Positions 40,235-54,467 of a stretch of 64,000 bases of DNA are shown here, one piece after another. The notes below the pieces were generated by a model. The model worked only from the letters and a program-made list of their open reading frames with translations. It was not told the DNA's origin and made no database searches. Where the stretch lies: assembly GCF_009914755.1 (NCBI RefSeq), contig NC_060947.1; one strand, 5' to 3'. The translations under genes and the position numbers were made by a program. The number at the start of each line of letters is the position of its first letter. Position 1 is the stretch's first letter. Source of the DNA: the human T2T-CHM13v2.0 reference genome, Homo sapiens.

Positions 40235-41815
40235 ACGTTTGTGTTATTTCATTGTCCATTTTTGCCAATGTGTATCTCTTAAGTGGGGCATTTGGATTAT
40301 TTATATTGAACATTAATATTGATTTGTTATGCAGTGTTGCAGTTGTCATATTGATTGTTACCTGGTTGCTTTGTTTTCTTTAATGGGTTACAGTTTTATA
40401 AGCCCTGTGTGTTTTTTATTTTTAAGTATTTATTTATACTGATGCATATTATGCATATTGACCTTTCAGTTCAATATTTATAACTCCTTTGGGCATGTTG
40501 TATAAGGCTAGTTTAGTGGTGATAAATTCCCTCAGCCTTTGCTTGTCTGGGAAAGATTTTATTTCTCCTTTATTTATGAAACTTAGTTTTGCTGGATACA
40601 AAACACTTGGCTGACAGTTACTCTATTTAAGAAGACTAGATATAGGGACCCCAATCCCTTCTGGCTTTCAAGGTTTCTGCTGAGAAGTCTGCTGTTAGTC
40701 TGAAACATTTTTCTCTATACTTTATTACTTTCTCTCACTGTTCTTAAAATTATTTCCTTCATATTGACTTTATGTAGCCTGATGACCATGGCTTGGTGAT
40801 ATCCCTTTTGCAGTGAATCTTTCAGGAGTTCCATGACCTTCTTATATTTGGATGTATAAATCTCTAGTAAGACAAAGGAAATGTATTTCAATTATTTCCT
40901 AAAAAAAATTTTCCAAACTTTTAAATTTTATTCTCCCTCAGAAATGCCTATGATTCTTAGGCTTGGACATTTTACATAATCCCATATTCCTTGAATACTT
41001 TGTTCATTTTTTAATTTTTTTTTTGTTATTTTCATCTGATTGGGTTAGTTCAAAAGTCTTGCCTTCAAGCTCTGAAATTCTTTCTTCTACTGGGTCTCAC
41101 ATATTGTTAAAACAATCCACTGCATTTTGTGATTTTCTAAATGTGTCTTTAATTTCCAGAAGTTCTATTTTTTTCTAAATATATTTCTCTTTAGAATATT
41201 TTAAAATCATATTCTGAGAATTTTTTTAAGTTGCTTTGTGTTTGTTTTCAACATTCTCTTGGATCACATTAAGCAAATTAATAATCAACATTTTGAATTA
41301 TCTAACTGATATTTAAAAGATTTTATTTTGGTTTGGATCCATTGCTGAATAGTTCATGTGATTTTTTTTTGAAGTGTTGCAAAACTGTTTTCTTATATTG
41401 CTAGAATTATTTTTCTGGTTCCTTCTCATTTGGGAAACTATTTCTTCTTACTAGTTTTAAATTTATTTTTTATCCAACTGAATATTTTTTCTTTTTTTCT
41501 CTTGAATATGTGACTTTAATGTGCATAGTCTATGGTCACCTAGCTTAGGCTCTGCATGTTTTCAGCAGCAAAGACTCTATATGAGTTTGTTTTATAAAGA
41601 ATCTTTATGCAATAGCTTTCTCAGATGCTGGTGGAAGTAGTAATATACCAGATGTTTGAATAAGTTCACCATCTCCTGTGGAGCCAGAATGACAGAAGTC
41701 TGATAAATCTTAACTTGTTCACCAGTGATTGGCTCAGTATTTTGTTTTTCTGGGTAGAACAGTTCAGCCTTCAGTTCAGTAGGAGGTTCTCACAGGTAAA
41801 AATCAGCTGTGGCTA

Positions 41816-43909
41816 CCAGGCCCCCCCTCCAACATTGGGGATTACCATTCAACATGAAATTTGGGTGGGGACACAAATCCAAACCATATCATTTTCCTTC
41901 TGGCCCCTCTCAAATCTCATGACCTTCTCACGTTGCAAAATACAATCATGGCTTCCCAACAATCTCCCAAAGTGTTAACTTATTTTAGCATTAACTTAAA
42001 TGTCTGAAGTCTATAGTCTCATCTGAGACAAGGCAAGTCCCTTCTGCCTATGAGCCTGTAAAAAATAAAAACTAGTTACATCTCCAAGATATAATGAGAG
42101 TATAGGCATTGAGTAAATGCTCTCATTCCAAAAGAGAGAAGTCAGCCAAAAGAAAGGCGCTACATGCCCTACCCAATTCTGAAACCCAACAGGGCAGTCA
42201 TTACATCTTAAAGCTCCAAAATAATCTCCTTTGACTACATGTCTCACATCCAGAGCATGTTGGTGCCAGGAGTGGGCTTCCAAAGCCTTGGACAGTCCAC
42301 ACCTGCTACTTCGCAGGGTTTAGCCCCCACAGTGGCTCTCATGGACTGGCATTAAGTGCCTACAGCTTTTTCAGGTGCAGGGTGCAAGCTGCCAGTGGAT
42401 CTACCACTTTGGGGTCTGGAGGATGGTGACCCTCTTCTCAAAGCTCCACTAGGCAGTGCCCCAGTGAGGACTTTGTGTGGAGCCTCCAACCCCACATTTT
42501 CCCTCCACAGTACCCTAGTAGAGGTTCTTTCTGAGTGCTTTGCTCCTGCAGCAGGCTACTGCCTGGGCATACCAGCTTTTCCATACATCCTCTGAAATCT
42601 AGGCAGAAGTTCCCAAGCATCAACTCTTGCACTCTGTGCATCTTCAGGCTTAACACCACTTGGAAGCCACCAAGGCTTATGGCTTTCACCCTCTGGAACA
42701 GTGGTCCAAGCTCTGCCTGGAGTACTTTAAGACAAGACTGGAGCTGAAGCAGTAGGGATGGAAGGAGCAGTGTTCTGAGGCTGCATAGGGGAGCAGGTCC
42801 CTCGGCCTGGTCTACAAGATCATTCTACCCTCCTAGGCCTCTGGGCCTGTTATGAGAGGAGCTCCTGAGAAGGTCTCTGAAATGCCTTGAAGGCCTTTCC
42901 CCATTGTCTTGGGTATCAGTACTTGCCTTCCTTTTAGTTATAAAAATTTATGCAACCTGCTTGAATTTCTCCTCAGAAAATGGATATTTCTTTTCTATCA
43001 AATGATCAGGCTGAAAATTATCCAAACTTTTCCACTCTGCTTCCCTTTTAAACATAAGTTCAGGTCATTTATTTGTTCACTTATGAGCATAGGTAGATGG
43101 AAGCAGCCAGTCCATATCTTGAACACTGCTGCTTAAAAATTTCTTCTGCCAGATACCCTAAATAATGATTCTTGAGTTCAAAGTTCCACAGATTCCTAGC
43201 ACAGGGGCACAATGCCTCCAAGTTTTATGCTAAAGTGTAACAAAAGTGACATTTGCTCCAGCTAAAAATATGTTTCTCTTTTATATCTGTGACTTCTTCA
43301 GCCTGAACTTCATTGTCCATATCACTATCAGCATTTTAAGATCACAACAATTCAAAAAACATCTAGCAAGTTCCAAACTTATCCTCATCTTTCTGTCTTC
43401 TTCTGAGCCCTCCAAACTGTTCCAATCTCTGCCCATTACTCAGTTCCAAAGCTTCTTTCACATTCTTAGGTATCCTTATGCAATGCCCTGTTCCTCAGTG
43501 CCAATTTTCTGTATTAGTCTTTTTTTTTTTTTTTTTGCACTACTATAGAGAAATACCTGCACCTGGATAATTTATAAGAAAAAAGTTTAATTGGCATACA
43601 CTTCCACAGGCTGCACAGGAAGCATAATTCTGGCACTGGCTTACCTTCTGGGGAAGCTTAAGGAACTTACAGTTATGGTGGATGGCAAAGGGGGAGCCTA
43701 CAGTTCAGAAGAAGGAAGTGGTGGGGGAGGTGCTTATACACTTTTAAATAACCAGATCTTGTGCAAACGCTATTACAAAAACAAGAATAGCACCAAAGGA
43801 GGAAATCCACCCCCATGATCCAATCACCTCCCACTAGGCCACACCTCCAACATTGTGGATTACCATTAGACATGAGATTTTGGTGGGAACACAAATCTAA
43901 ATCCTTTCA
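41816..43909 (-). mobile_element. MST-like MaLR provirus (LTR 43510-43909, internal 41892-43509, truncated LTR 41816-41891)
   Basis: caaaccatatca and gccaattttc|tgtattagtc junctions; internal region homologous to 61393-62986. Confidence 0.88.
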
Positions 43910-45416
43910 AATGTGCTGATTTCTTTGCAGGGAGAAATGTTGGAGCCACCTCAGCTTTTCTATCAATTCAGCAGGAAAGTGATCCACATGTCTATTATGC
44001 TCCTCTAAGTGCTTTAGATATTCAGATCAGATAAGCACTTCTGTCCATCTGCAGAACTCTGCTGTTTCATGTAGAGAGGAACTGGGACTTAACACCTTCT
44101 GAAACCCTAAGACTGGAGTGCACTTCTCTCATGGAGATGAAGTCACACAAAGAGGTCCAGAAAGAACTTCAACAGATGTAGTTAGGTTGAGTTCCAATAA
44201 TAGAAGCCCCAGATGTGTCTGAAGCAGTGGGTGAGGGGGAGAAAAACTCCCATTCTCCAAATTTCTTCATAAGCACCAGGGGTGCTTGACTAATGGGGTA
44301 GAACCACAGTCTTTCCCCACTCATCCCAGAACTGTGCCTCTGCCTCTGATGAAAGAAACTTTCCACAAGCAAAAAAGTTTTGGGCTTCAATGTCTGCATT
44401 TTTTTTTTTTTTGTCCCAAGGGGTGCTCCTTTAATGCGATGAACTTCCCCTTCCCCTAAGAGTGACAATCCCTGAGGGCCAGTCTACTGTGAATTCTGCT
44501 TCTCCTCTGAATTTAGCTACCCTGTGGACTGCCACAACCCAGAGTGGTGCTGGGGGATGTCTGCAAGGGATCCGGTGATGAAAAGACACAAGGGTTGAAG
44601 GTCTCTGAGCAGAACAATGTACCACAATGGGTGCACACACAGTATGGCACCTGCTACTATAGTTCATATCTAGAGGGAAAAGGAAGGGACCTTATGTGAG
44701 CAAAATAATGCCCTAGAGAAGTCCCCAAATTGCAGTCAACTCAAGTACTGGACTAGCAAGGGCAAATAAACTCTCCTTGATCTTGGACACCACCAACAAG
44801 GGTGGGAGAGGCTGAGAGCACTCCTACCTACATTTTCCTCAAAATACTAAGTATCTTAGGGTTTAACCTTGCTGGCTTCTTGTTACTTTGTTTTGTGTGT
44901 GTGTCATAGATTCTTCCAGTTAACTCTCTGATGAGCTCCAGCATTCTCCCCTTAACACTCCATTTGGGCTGTGATTATTCATCTATAATTTTGGTTCTTC
45001 ATTCTGAGGAACATTGGTCATTGAGTTCTCTAGTCAGCTCTCTGGAGAAGCTCTCCAATGCCTCAGGATATTGACAGATCTGTGGGATGTGCAATAGCTG
45101 TGCTCAACTCAGCTTCCATAGTGGGCAATGTTGAATGGAGCTGACCCAAACTGATCTGTCCCCTAGTCTCCCAGTAACAGGTGTAAGCACCAGCTCTAAT
45201 AAGAGTGGCAGGGGAGTGACATAGATCCTGTACGATTTCCTTCATTATGATTAGTCTTAGTGTAGTGGCTTTCTCAAATACCAGCTGCAGTAGTAATGTA
45301 CTGGAAAAATGGACAGGTTTAAGACGATTTGATTAGATGGGGTTGCATGGACAATGGTATTAGCTGAAGTTACACAAGTTTTTTCCTTCTCAAGTGCTAT
45401 TTTTGTATGTGTGTGT

Positions 45417-45693
45417 GATAGTCTCTCTCTGTTGCCCAGGCTGGAGTACAGTAGTGTGATCTTGGCTCACTGCAACCTCTGCCTCACAGGTTCGAGTGAT
45501 TCTTGTACCTGAGTCCCCTGAGTAGCTGGTATTACAGACATGCACCATCACATCTGACTAATTTTTGTATTTTTAGTAGAGATGGGGTTTTGTCATGTTG
45601 CCAGGCTTGTCTCGAACACCTGACCTCAAGTGATCCGCCTGTCTCGACCTCCCTAAGTGCTGGGATTACAGATGTGAGCCTCCGTGCCTGGCC
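45417..45693 (-). mobile_element. AluS
   Basis: Antisense dimer with cctgacctcaagtgatccgcctg. Confidence 0.9.
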
Positions 45694-46972
45694 TCAAATG
45701 CTTTGTTATTGTGCCAACAGATGTTGTAATAGGTTGTGCCAGTTGGCCTTCAACCAGGTGTTGGCACTTGCAGAAGAGTGCCAGTTGTGGTGGTGGCTGT
45801 GAGATTTGTGCTTGGTTTATGTTACCCAGGAAAAGATCTCAGGTGTCACAGGCAATGAGTGGGGTCATGGAACTCCCAAAAATCTCTGTCCATTGTATTA
45901 TGCTACTAAGGTGAGTGGAGGGACAAAGCCAGGTGGGGATTGAGTAAGGCAAATCCACACTCTGGCTCCCCACATGCTAGTGCAAGTGGCAGTCCCATTG
46001 AGAATCAGAGGGTAGTTCTCTGGCTGTTAGAGTAATATTTCATGAAGGATCACAATTGCCTTTGCTGCACAAAATAATCCACACAGGGAGAGAGGGGAAG
46101 CAGGTAGGAGTAAGACAACACCCAGCTCCCATACCCTAAGCAAGGCAGGCGTCACACCCACAGACTTCTGCTGGAAACAGCTAGCAGAGTCGCAGACAGT
46201 CTACACTCTGAACACAAAAGTATGCAAGGCCACAGGGTTTCTTTCTCCAGAGAGAAACAGGTTTTCAGTCCACTCTCCAGGTCTCCTCTGAAGGTGAACT
46301 TGGGGCACCTGGCTCCCACACTTTGACAAAAGCATGCTTTCTGCTCATCTCTTAGCTCTCGCCAAAGGAGTTCATCCCTACTCAAGATTAGATTGCAAAT
46401 CTCAGCTGGGGGCTTTTAACAACCTGTGACCACTGCCTGAGTTAGTTGGGAGACTTCCACAGGTCTCCTATGAGTTAGGATCAAGAATGGCTTCCTTTTA
46501 TCTTTGTTGGGGTCTGGCAGTGCACACAAGGAACTTACCAATGTCTAACCTCTTAGCCTTTTCATCACTCACCAAATCATCTCAAGTGCTGAGCAGGGTT
46601 AAGGCACTGCCCCATGGCTTGGAATGCTCAGCTTCCCAGTGGGCATGTGTATCATAGAAAGTCTCTTCCCATTTCACTCTGGAGATGCACAGTTTTCCAC
46701 CTGACTCAAATTGAAGGTTGCTGCCCACTGCTTCTTTCAAAATGTGTTATGTTTCTTCCAGTTTTTCTGTTGAGTTCCTGTGTTCCTTTGATAAAAGTTT
46801 ATAGCATGAGTCTCTACATACTAGTTTTCTCTTTTCAAGTGGGTGAGACACACTGACAAAGCTTCCCCATATAATTGCTTTTATCACCATCTCTTTCACC
46901 CTTTATCCTTCCCTTATAGTTAACTTTTTAATTAATATTTAGTTTAACCTAACTTTTTAAAACTATAAGCAA

Positions 46973-47161
46973 ATATATACACACATTGTATGCATATGCA
47001 TATATACACACATTGTATGCATATGCATATATACACACATTGTATGTATATGCATATATACACACATTGTATGTATATGCATATATACACACATTGTATG
47101 TATATGCATATATACACACATTGTATGTATATGCATATATACACACATTGTATGTATATGC
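46973..47161. repeat. 27-bp minisatellite, 7 copies
   Basis: Unit ATATATACACACATTGTATGYATATGC; 9-aa periodic ORFs. Confidence 0.95.
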
Positions 47162-47299
47162 AAATACACATACATGCATATATGTGTCTCCTCATTCTTT
47201 GGAAAATGACATTATCTGTAAAAACTAGAAGTGCTCTTTAATGGCTTCTTTCTTGATGAATTAAAAATATTAAAAACAGTTAATTAATTAATTTATTTC

Positions 47300-47420
47300 C
47301 AATAAAGATGGGTGTCTCACTATGTTGCTCAGGCTGGACTCAAACTCCAGGGCTTAATATATCTTGCCTCTTCAGCCATTCAAGTAACTGGGACTACCAG
47401 TGCACACCACTATGTCCTAA
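47300..47420 (-). mobile_element. Alu monomer (FLAM-like)
   Basis: gtctcactatgttgctcaggctgg...ctgggactac. Confidence 0.75.
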
Positions 47421-47534
47421 TGAAAATGACATTTTATTTCCCATATTGAATCAATGAATATGTGAGCAAGTATTGTGATTTTGATACTTTGTATTGGAGT
47501 ATAATAATGAACAAGAAAATTATAGCACTTGCCT

Positions 47535-48925
47535 TCCTGGAGAGATTACTCCAAAAGAAAGACAGGCTGATGTGGGAAAGTTTGGAACTTCCCAGATACT
47601 TGTTGAATGGCTTTGACCAAAATGCTGATAGTGATATGGACAGTGAAGTCCAGGCTGAGGTGGTCTCAGATGGAGATGAGAAACTTGTTGAGAACTGGTA
47701 TAAACATGATTCTTGCTATGCTTTTGCAAAGAGACTGGGGGCATTTTGCCACTGCCTGAAATATTAGTGTAACTTTAAACTTGAGAGAGATTATTTAGGG
47801 TATGTGACAGAAGAAATTTATAAGCAACAAAGCATTCAGTGCTACTTAGGTTTTCTTAAAAGCATTCAGTTGGAATTTATGCTTAAAAGAGAAGCAGAGC
47901 ATAAAACTTTGGAAAATTTTTAGCCTGATGATGCAATTAGAAAAGAAAATCCCATTTTCTGAAGAGAAATTTAAGCTGGCTGCAAAAATTTGCATTAAGT
48001 AATGAGAAGCCAAATGTTAATTGTCAAAACAATGGGGAAAATGTCTCCAGGGCATGTTAGAAGTCTTCTCGACAGCCCCTCACATCACAGTCTGGGAGGC
48101 CCAGAAAGAGAAAATTGTTTCATGGGCTGGGCCCAGGGACTTGTTGCTTTGTGCAGTCTCAAGACTTGGTGCCCTGCATTCCAGCCATGGCTAAAAGGGG
48201 CCAAGATAAAGCTGAGGCCATTTATTCAGAAGGTGCAGGCCCCAAGGCTTGGCAGCTTACATGTGGTGTTTAGCCTGCAGATGCACAGAAGTCAAGAATT
48301 GAGTTTGGGAACCTCTGCCTTTCAGAGGATGTATGGAAATGTCTAGATGTCCAGGCAGAAGTTTGCTCCAGGGGTGATTCCTCATGGAGAACCACTGCTA
48401 GTGCAGTGTAGAAGGGAAACGTGGCATCAGAGACCAGGTCCCCAGTGGGGCACTGCCTAGTGGAGCTGTGAGAATAGGGCCAGCATCCTTCAGACCCCAG
48501 CATGGTAGATCCACCAACAGCTTGCGTTGTGCCAGTGGAAACGCCACAGACATTCAATGTCAGCCTGTGAAAGCAGTTGAAATGGGGGCTATACCTTGCA
48601 AACATATAATCCCCACATGTCAAGGGAGAGACCAAATAGAGGTAATTGGATCATAGGGGTGGTTTACTCCATGCTGTGTTTATGCTAGTGAGTGTGTTAT
48701 TGCAAGATCTGATCATTTTATAAGTGTTTGGTAGTCACTTCTGCATTCATTCTTCTTTCTGCTGTCCTATGAAGAAGGTGCAATGATTCCTCTTCACCTT
48801 CCACCATGATTGTAAGTTTTTTGAGGCCTCCCCAGCCATGCTGAACTGTGAGTCAATGAAGTGTTTTCCTTTATAAATTACCCAGTCTCATGCAGTTCTT
48901 TATAGAAGTATGATACCAGACTAAT
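47535..48925 (+). mobile_element. MST/THE1-like MaLR internal fragment joined to a partial LTR
   Basis: Encodes MWESLELPRYLLNGFDQNADSDMD; LTR from ~48608 ending gactaat; deletion at the int/LTR junction. Confidence 0.88.
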
Positions 48926-48929
48926 CTAT

Positions 48930-50060
48930 CTATCTATTTTATTAATTTTTTCAAATACCAATTCTTGGATTCATTGATCTTTTGAAAGGCTTTTGTGTCT
49001 CACTGTCCTTCAGTTGAGCTCTGATTTTATTTTTTCTTGTCTTCTGCCAGCTTTGAAGTTGAATTGTTCTTGGTTCTGTAGTTCTTTCAGTTATGATTTT
49101 AGGTTTTAAAATTGAGATCTTTCTAACTTTGCAATATGGGAATTTAGTGCTACAAATTTTCTTAAAACCATCTTAGCTGTGTCCCAAAGATTCTAGTGTG
49201 TTTTATCTTTGTTCTCACTAGTTTCAAAGCAATTCTTGATTTCTCCTTTAAATTTATTATTTACCCAAAAGTCATTCAGGAGCAAGTTATTCAGTTTCCA
49301 TGTAATTATATGGTTTTGAGTGATTTTCTTAGTCTTGATCTCTAAATTTATTGCACTGTGGTCCAAGAGAGTGGTTGCTATAATTTCATATGTCTTGCAT
49401 TTTCTGAGGAGTGTTTTGTATCCAATTATGTGGTCAATTTTACGGCACATGCTATGTGGTGATTAGAAGAATGTAGACTCTGTTGTTCTGAGTGGAGAGT
49501 TGTGTAGATGTCTATCAGATCCATTTGATTCAGCGCTAAGTTCAGGTCCTAAATATCTTTGTGAATTTTCTGCCTCAATAATCTAATAGTGCCAGTGGGG
49601 TGTTGAAGTCTCTCCCTATTATTGTGTGGAGGCTTAGTCTCTTTAAAATGTCCATCAGAACTTGCTTTATGAATCTGGGTCCTCCTGTGTTGGATGCATA
49701 CATATTTAGAATAGTTAGGTCTTCTTGTTGAATTGAACATGTTACCATTATATAATGCTCCTCATTGTCTTTTTTGACTTTTGTTAAAGTCTGTTTGTTT
49801 TTCTGAAACTAAGATTAAAACCCCTGATTTTCTTCTGTTTTCCATTTGCTTTATAGATTTTTCTCCATGCCTCTATTTTAAGCCTATGGGAATCATTGCA
49901 TATGATATGTGTCTCTTGAAGACAGTATAAAAATGGATCTTGGTTCCTCATCCAGCTTGCCACTCTATGTCTTTTAATTGTGGCATTTCACTAATTTACA
50001 TTTAAAGTTAGTATTGATACATGTGGATTTGATCCTGTCATATTGAAGTTAGCTAGTTTT
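48930..50060 (-). mobile_element. L1P ORF2 endonuclease-region fragment
   Basis: ORF 49193-49450 KIDHIIG...[10 protein letters not shown]...[11 protein letters not shown]. Confidence 0.85.
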
Positions 50061-50858
50061 TATTGCCTGTCTTTTGGGTAAAAGCCATTCTAATTAAGGT
50101 GAGATAATACCTTACTGTAGTTTGGATTTGCATTTCTCTGATGATCAGTAATGTTGAGAAACTTTTTATATGTCTGTTTACCAATTAATTATCTTATTTT
50201 GAGAAATATCTATTGAAATATTTGCCTATTTTTTAATTAGGTAACTAGATATTTTTCTATAGAGTTGTTTGAATTCTTTATATATTCCAGTTATAAATCT
50301 CTTGTCACATTGGTAGTTTGCAAATATTTTCTCCCATTTTTTGTGTTGTCTCTTCACTTTGTTGATTGTTTCCTTTGCCGCGCAGAAGCTTTTTAACTAG
50401 ATATAATCTTATTCATTTATTTTTGCTTTGGTTGTCTTTGCTTATGGGGTGTTACTCAAAATATCGTTGCCTAGACCAATGACTTGGAAAGTTTCCTTGA
50501 GGTTTGCTTGTAGTGGGTTTATTAGTTCGGGTCATAGATTTAAATATTTAATCCACTTTGAGGTAATTATTGTGTGTGGTTAGAGATAAGTGCCAGTTTT
50601 CATTCTTCTGCATATGAAAATCCAGTTTTCACAGTACAATTTATTGAAGAGATTGTCTTTTCCTCAGTGCACATTCTTGGAAAAATGAGTTCACTGTGAG
50701 TGTGTGGGTTTGTTTTGGGGTTCTCTATTCTGTTCCATTGGTCTATGTGTCTAAGCCAGTACCTTGGTGTTTTGGTTACTATAGCTCAGTAGTACAATTT
50801 GAAGTCAGGTAATGTTATTCCTTCAGCTTTGTTTCTTTTTCTTAGAATAGCTTTGGCT

Positions 50859-51182
<324 letters not shown>

Positions 51183-53107
51183 GAATAGCATTGGCTATTC
51201 TAGGTCTTTTGTGGTTCCATATAAATTTATAGTTAAAAAATTCTCTGAAGAATGTCATTGGTATTCTGATAGCGATTGCAGTAAATTCATAGATTGCTTT
51301 GAGTAGTATGGACACTTTAACTATATTAATTCCTTCCATCCATGAACATAAACTATCTTTTTATTTTTTTGGTATCTTCATTAATTTCTTTCATTAGTGT
51401 TTTACAGTTTTCATTACGGAGATCTTTCACTTCATTAAGTTAATTCCTATGTATTTAATATTATTTGTGGCTATTTTAAGTGGAAGCAATTCTTTAATGC
51501 TTTTTCAGTTTGTTCACTGCTGGTATATAAAAATGTTACTGATTTTTTTGTGTTGATTTTGTATCCTACAACTTTAAGAAATTTGTATATCAGTTCTGAA
51601 AAATTTTTTTGATGGAATCTTTAGTTTTTTTTCAAATACAAGATCATATCATTTGCAAATAAGTGTAATTTGACTTCTTCCTTTCCTTTCTCTTGTCTGA
51701 TAGCTCTAGCTTAGACTTCCAGTACTATATTGAAACACAGTGATGAAAGTTAACATCCTTGTCTTGTTCTAGATCTTAGATGAAAGGCTTTCAGTTTTCC
51801 CCATTCAATATGATACTAGCTGTGAGTTTGACATATATGGCTTTTATTACATTAATGTGTCTTCCTTCCACCCCCAGTCTTTTGAGGGTTTTTATATGAA
51901 AGGATATTGAATTTTATCTAGTGCTTTTTCAGTATCAACTGAAATGGTCATATGTTTTTTGTCCTTTCTGCTTATATAATGTATCACATTGATTGATTTG
52001 CATATGTTGAAGCATCCTTGCATCCCAGAGATAAATCTGACTTGGTCATGATTAATAATATTTTTAGCATATTGTTGATTTTAGTTTGCAAATATTTTAT
52101 ACTTTTGAGAATTTATGCATGTACATTCATTATGAATATTGCCCTGTAAGTATAATTTTTTTTTTGGATGTGTCTTCGGTTTTGGTATCAGGGTAGTACT
52201 GCACTTGTAGAATGAGCTTGGAAGTATTTTCTTCTCTAATTTTCAAAATGTTTTAAGTAGGATTGGTATTAGTTCTTCTTCAAATGTTTTGTAGAATTCA
52301 GCATATAGCCATTGGGTCCTAGAGTTTTCTTCAATGGGAGACTGTTTTAGAACAAACAACTTCCATCTCATTACTTGCTACTGGTCTGTTGGTAATTTGG
52401 ATTTATTCATGTTTCAATCATCATTGGTAGTATGTGCCTAGGAATTTGTCCATTTCTTCTAGATTTTTCAATTTATTTGCACATATTTGCTAATGACAGC
52501 CACTAATAATCTTTTTAATTTATGTACCATCAGTTGCAATGTCTTCTTTCATCTCTAATTTTATTTACTTGAATCTTGTCTCTCTCTCTCTCTCTTTTTT
52601 TTTTGTTTTGGTCTGGCTAAAGGTTTGTCAATTTTGCTTAACTTTTCAAAAAACCAACTTCTTATTTCATAGATTTTTTTGTATTGTTTTCTTCACTTCA
52701 AATTCAATTATCACTGCTCTTATCTTTATTTTTCTTCTACTAATTTTGGGTTTGACTTGCTCTTGCATTTTTAGTCTTTAAGGTACATCGTTAGGTTATT
52801 TATTTAATTTTTTATATAGGCATTTATAGCTATAAAATTCCTTCTTAGTACCAGTTTGCTGTATCTCATAGGCTTTGGTATGTTGTGTTTTCATTATCAT
52901 GTGTTCAAAAAACAATTTTTAGTTTCCTTCTAATTTCCTCATTGACTCACTGATTATTCAGTAGCATATTGTTTAATTTTAATGTATTTCTATAATTTCC
53001 AAAATTCCTCTTATTATTGATTTATAGTTGTATTCTACTGCGGTCTTATAAAATGTTTGACACTATTATTATAATAATTATTATTATTACTGTTTTAAGA
53101 CGTGTTT

Positions 53108-53421
53108 GGCTAGACACAGTGGCTCACACTTGTAATCCTAACACATTGGGAAACCAAGCAGGTGCATCTCTTGAGCTCAGGAGTTCGAGAACAGCCTAGG
53201 TAACATAGCGAAACTCCATCTCTACAAAAGGAAAAGAAAAATACAAAAATTAGCCAGGCATGGTGGCACATGCCTTTAGTCCCAGCTACTTGGTGGTGCT
53301 GAGGCAGGAGGATCGTTTGAACCTGGGAGTTTGAGGCTGCAGTAAGGTGAGATCATGCCACTGCACTCTGTCCTGGGTGACAAAGTGAGATCCTGTTTCA
53401 AAAAAAAACAAAAACAAAAAA
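53108..53421 (+). mobile_element. AluJ
   Basis: Dimer with A-rich tail. Confidence 0.9.
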
Positions 53422-54164
53422 CTTGTTTTTTAACCTAACATATGCTGGGATTACAGGCGTGAGCCACTGAGCCTGATCAGATATGTCTCTTTTATTTCTA
53501 GTTTATTGTAGTTTTTATCAGGAAAGGGTGTTGGATTTAATCAAATTTTTTCTACATCTATTGAGATAATAATTTGTTTATATAATTTTATTAATAGGAT
53601 GTATTGCATTGATTCAGTTTTTATATTTTGAACCGGGTTTGCATTCCTGAAATAAATCCCAGTTGGTCATGATGTATGATCCTTTTCATAAACTGCTGTA
53701 TATTGATAGCCATATTTTCTTGAAGATTTTTGCATCTACATTGATAAGTTAAATTGATTTGTAGTTTTATTTTGATGTCTTTGTCTAGCACTGTTATCAG
53801 GGTAATACTGACTTCATAGAATTAGTTTCTATGTTTTACCTTCTCTACTAGTATTTGGAACAGTTTGAGAAGCAATAATAATTCTTTGCTTTGGTAGAAT
53901 TCACCTGTGAAACTATCTGGCCTTGGAGTTTTCTCTGTAGGAAGTTTTTAAATTACTAGTGCAATCTCTTCACTTGTTATAGGTCAATTCATGTTTTCTT
54001 CTTCTCATTGAGTTAATTTTGATTGTGTGTTTTTAAGAATTTGTTCATTTCATCTAAGTTATCTAATTTGTTAGTATGCAGCTATTTACAGTATGCCCTA
54101 ATAATCCTTTTTATTTTTGTAAGGTCAGTACCAATATCCCCTGTTTCATTACTGATGTATTTTA

Positions 54165-54258
54165 ATTCTTGTTCTTCTTCTAGCCCTTCTTCTTCCTCCT
54201 TCTCCTTCTCCTTCTCCTCCTCCTCCTCCTCCTCCTTTTTCTTCTGTCTTCTTCTTCA
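54165..54258. repeat. (CTT)/(CCT) polypyrimidine tract
   Basis: Direct inspection. Confidence 0.9.
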
Positions 54259-54467
54259 TAGAACCAACCAAACTTTTGGTTTTGTTAATCTTCTGTTTTT
54301 CTCTTCTCTATTACATTTATTTTAGCTCTCATTTTTATTATTCCATTTTTGTGCTTGCTTTGGATTTAGTGGTTCTTCTGGCTTCTTAAGGTGAAAGCTT
54401 AGGTTATTGATTTGAGAAGATCTTCCTTCTTTTTAATATATATGTTTACAACTATAACTGTTATTAT

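Larger units (their letters stand above)
35308..46870 (-). mobile_element. Near-full-length fragmented L1PB-like LINE-1 with nested insertions
   Basis: L1PB-type 3' end (caagtggttttt...ggatgaattttatagtggtgaagtctgg), colinear ORF2 (36-39.5 kb), ORF1-like (40.5-41.2 kb) and 5' UTR-like sequence to ~46.87 kb. Confidence 0.8.

Noticed and set aside
46944-47241. Cys/His/Tyr-rich repetitive ORFs or CRISPR-like array
   Set aside because: Translations of a 27-bp minisatellite; no unique spacers, and the context is eukaryotic.
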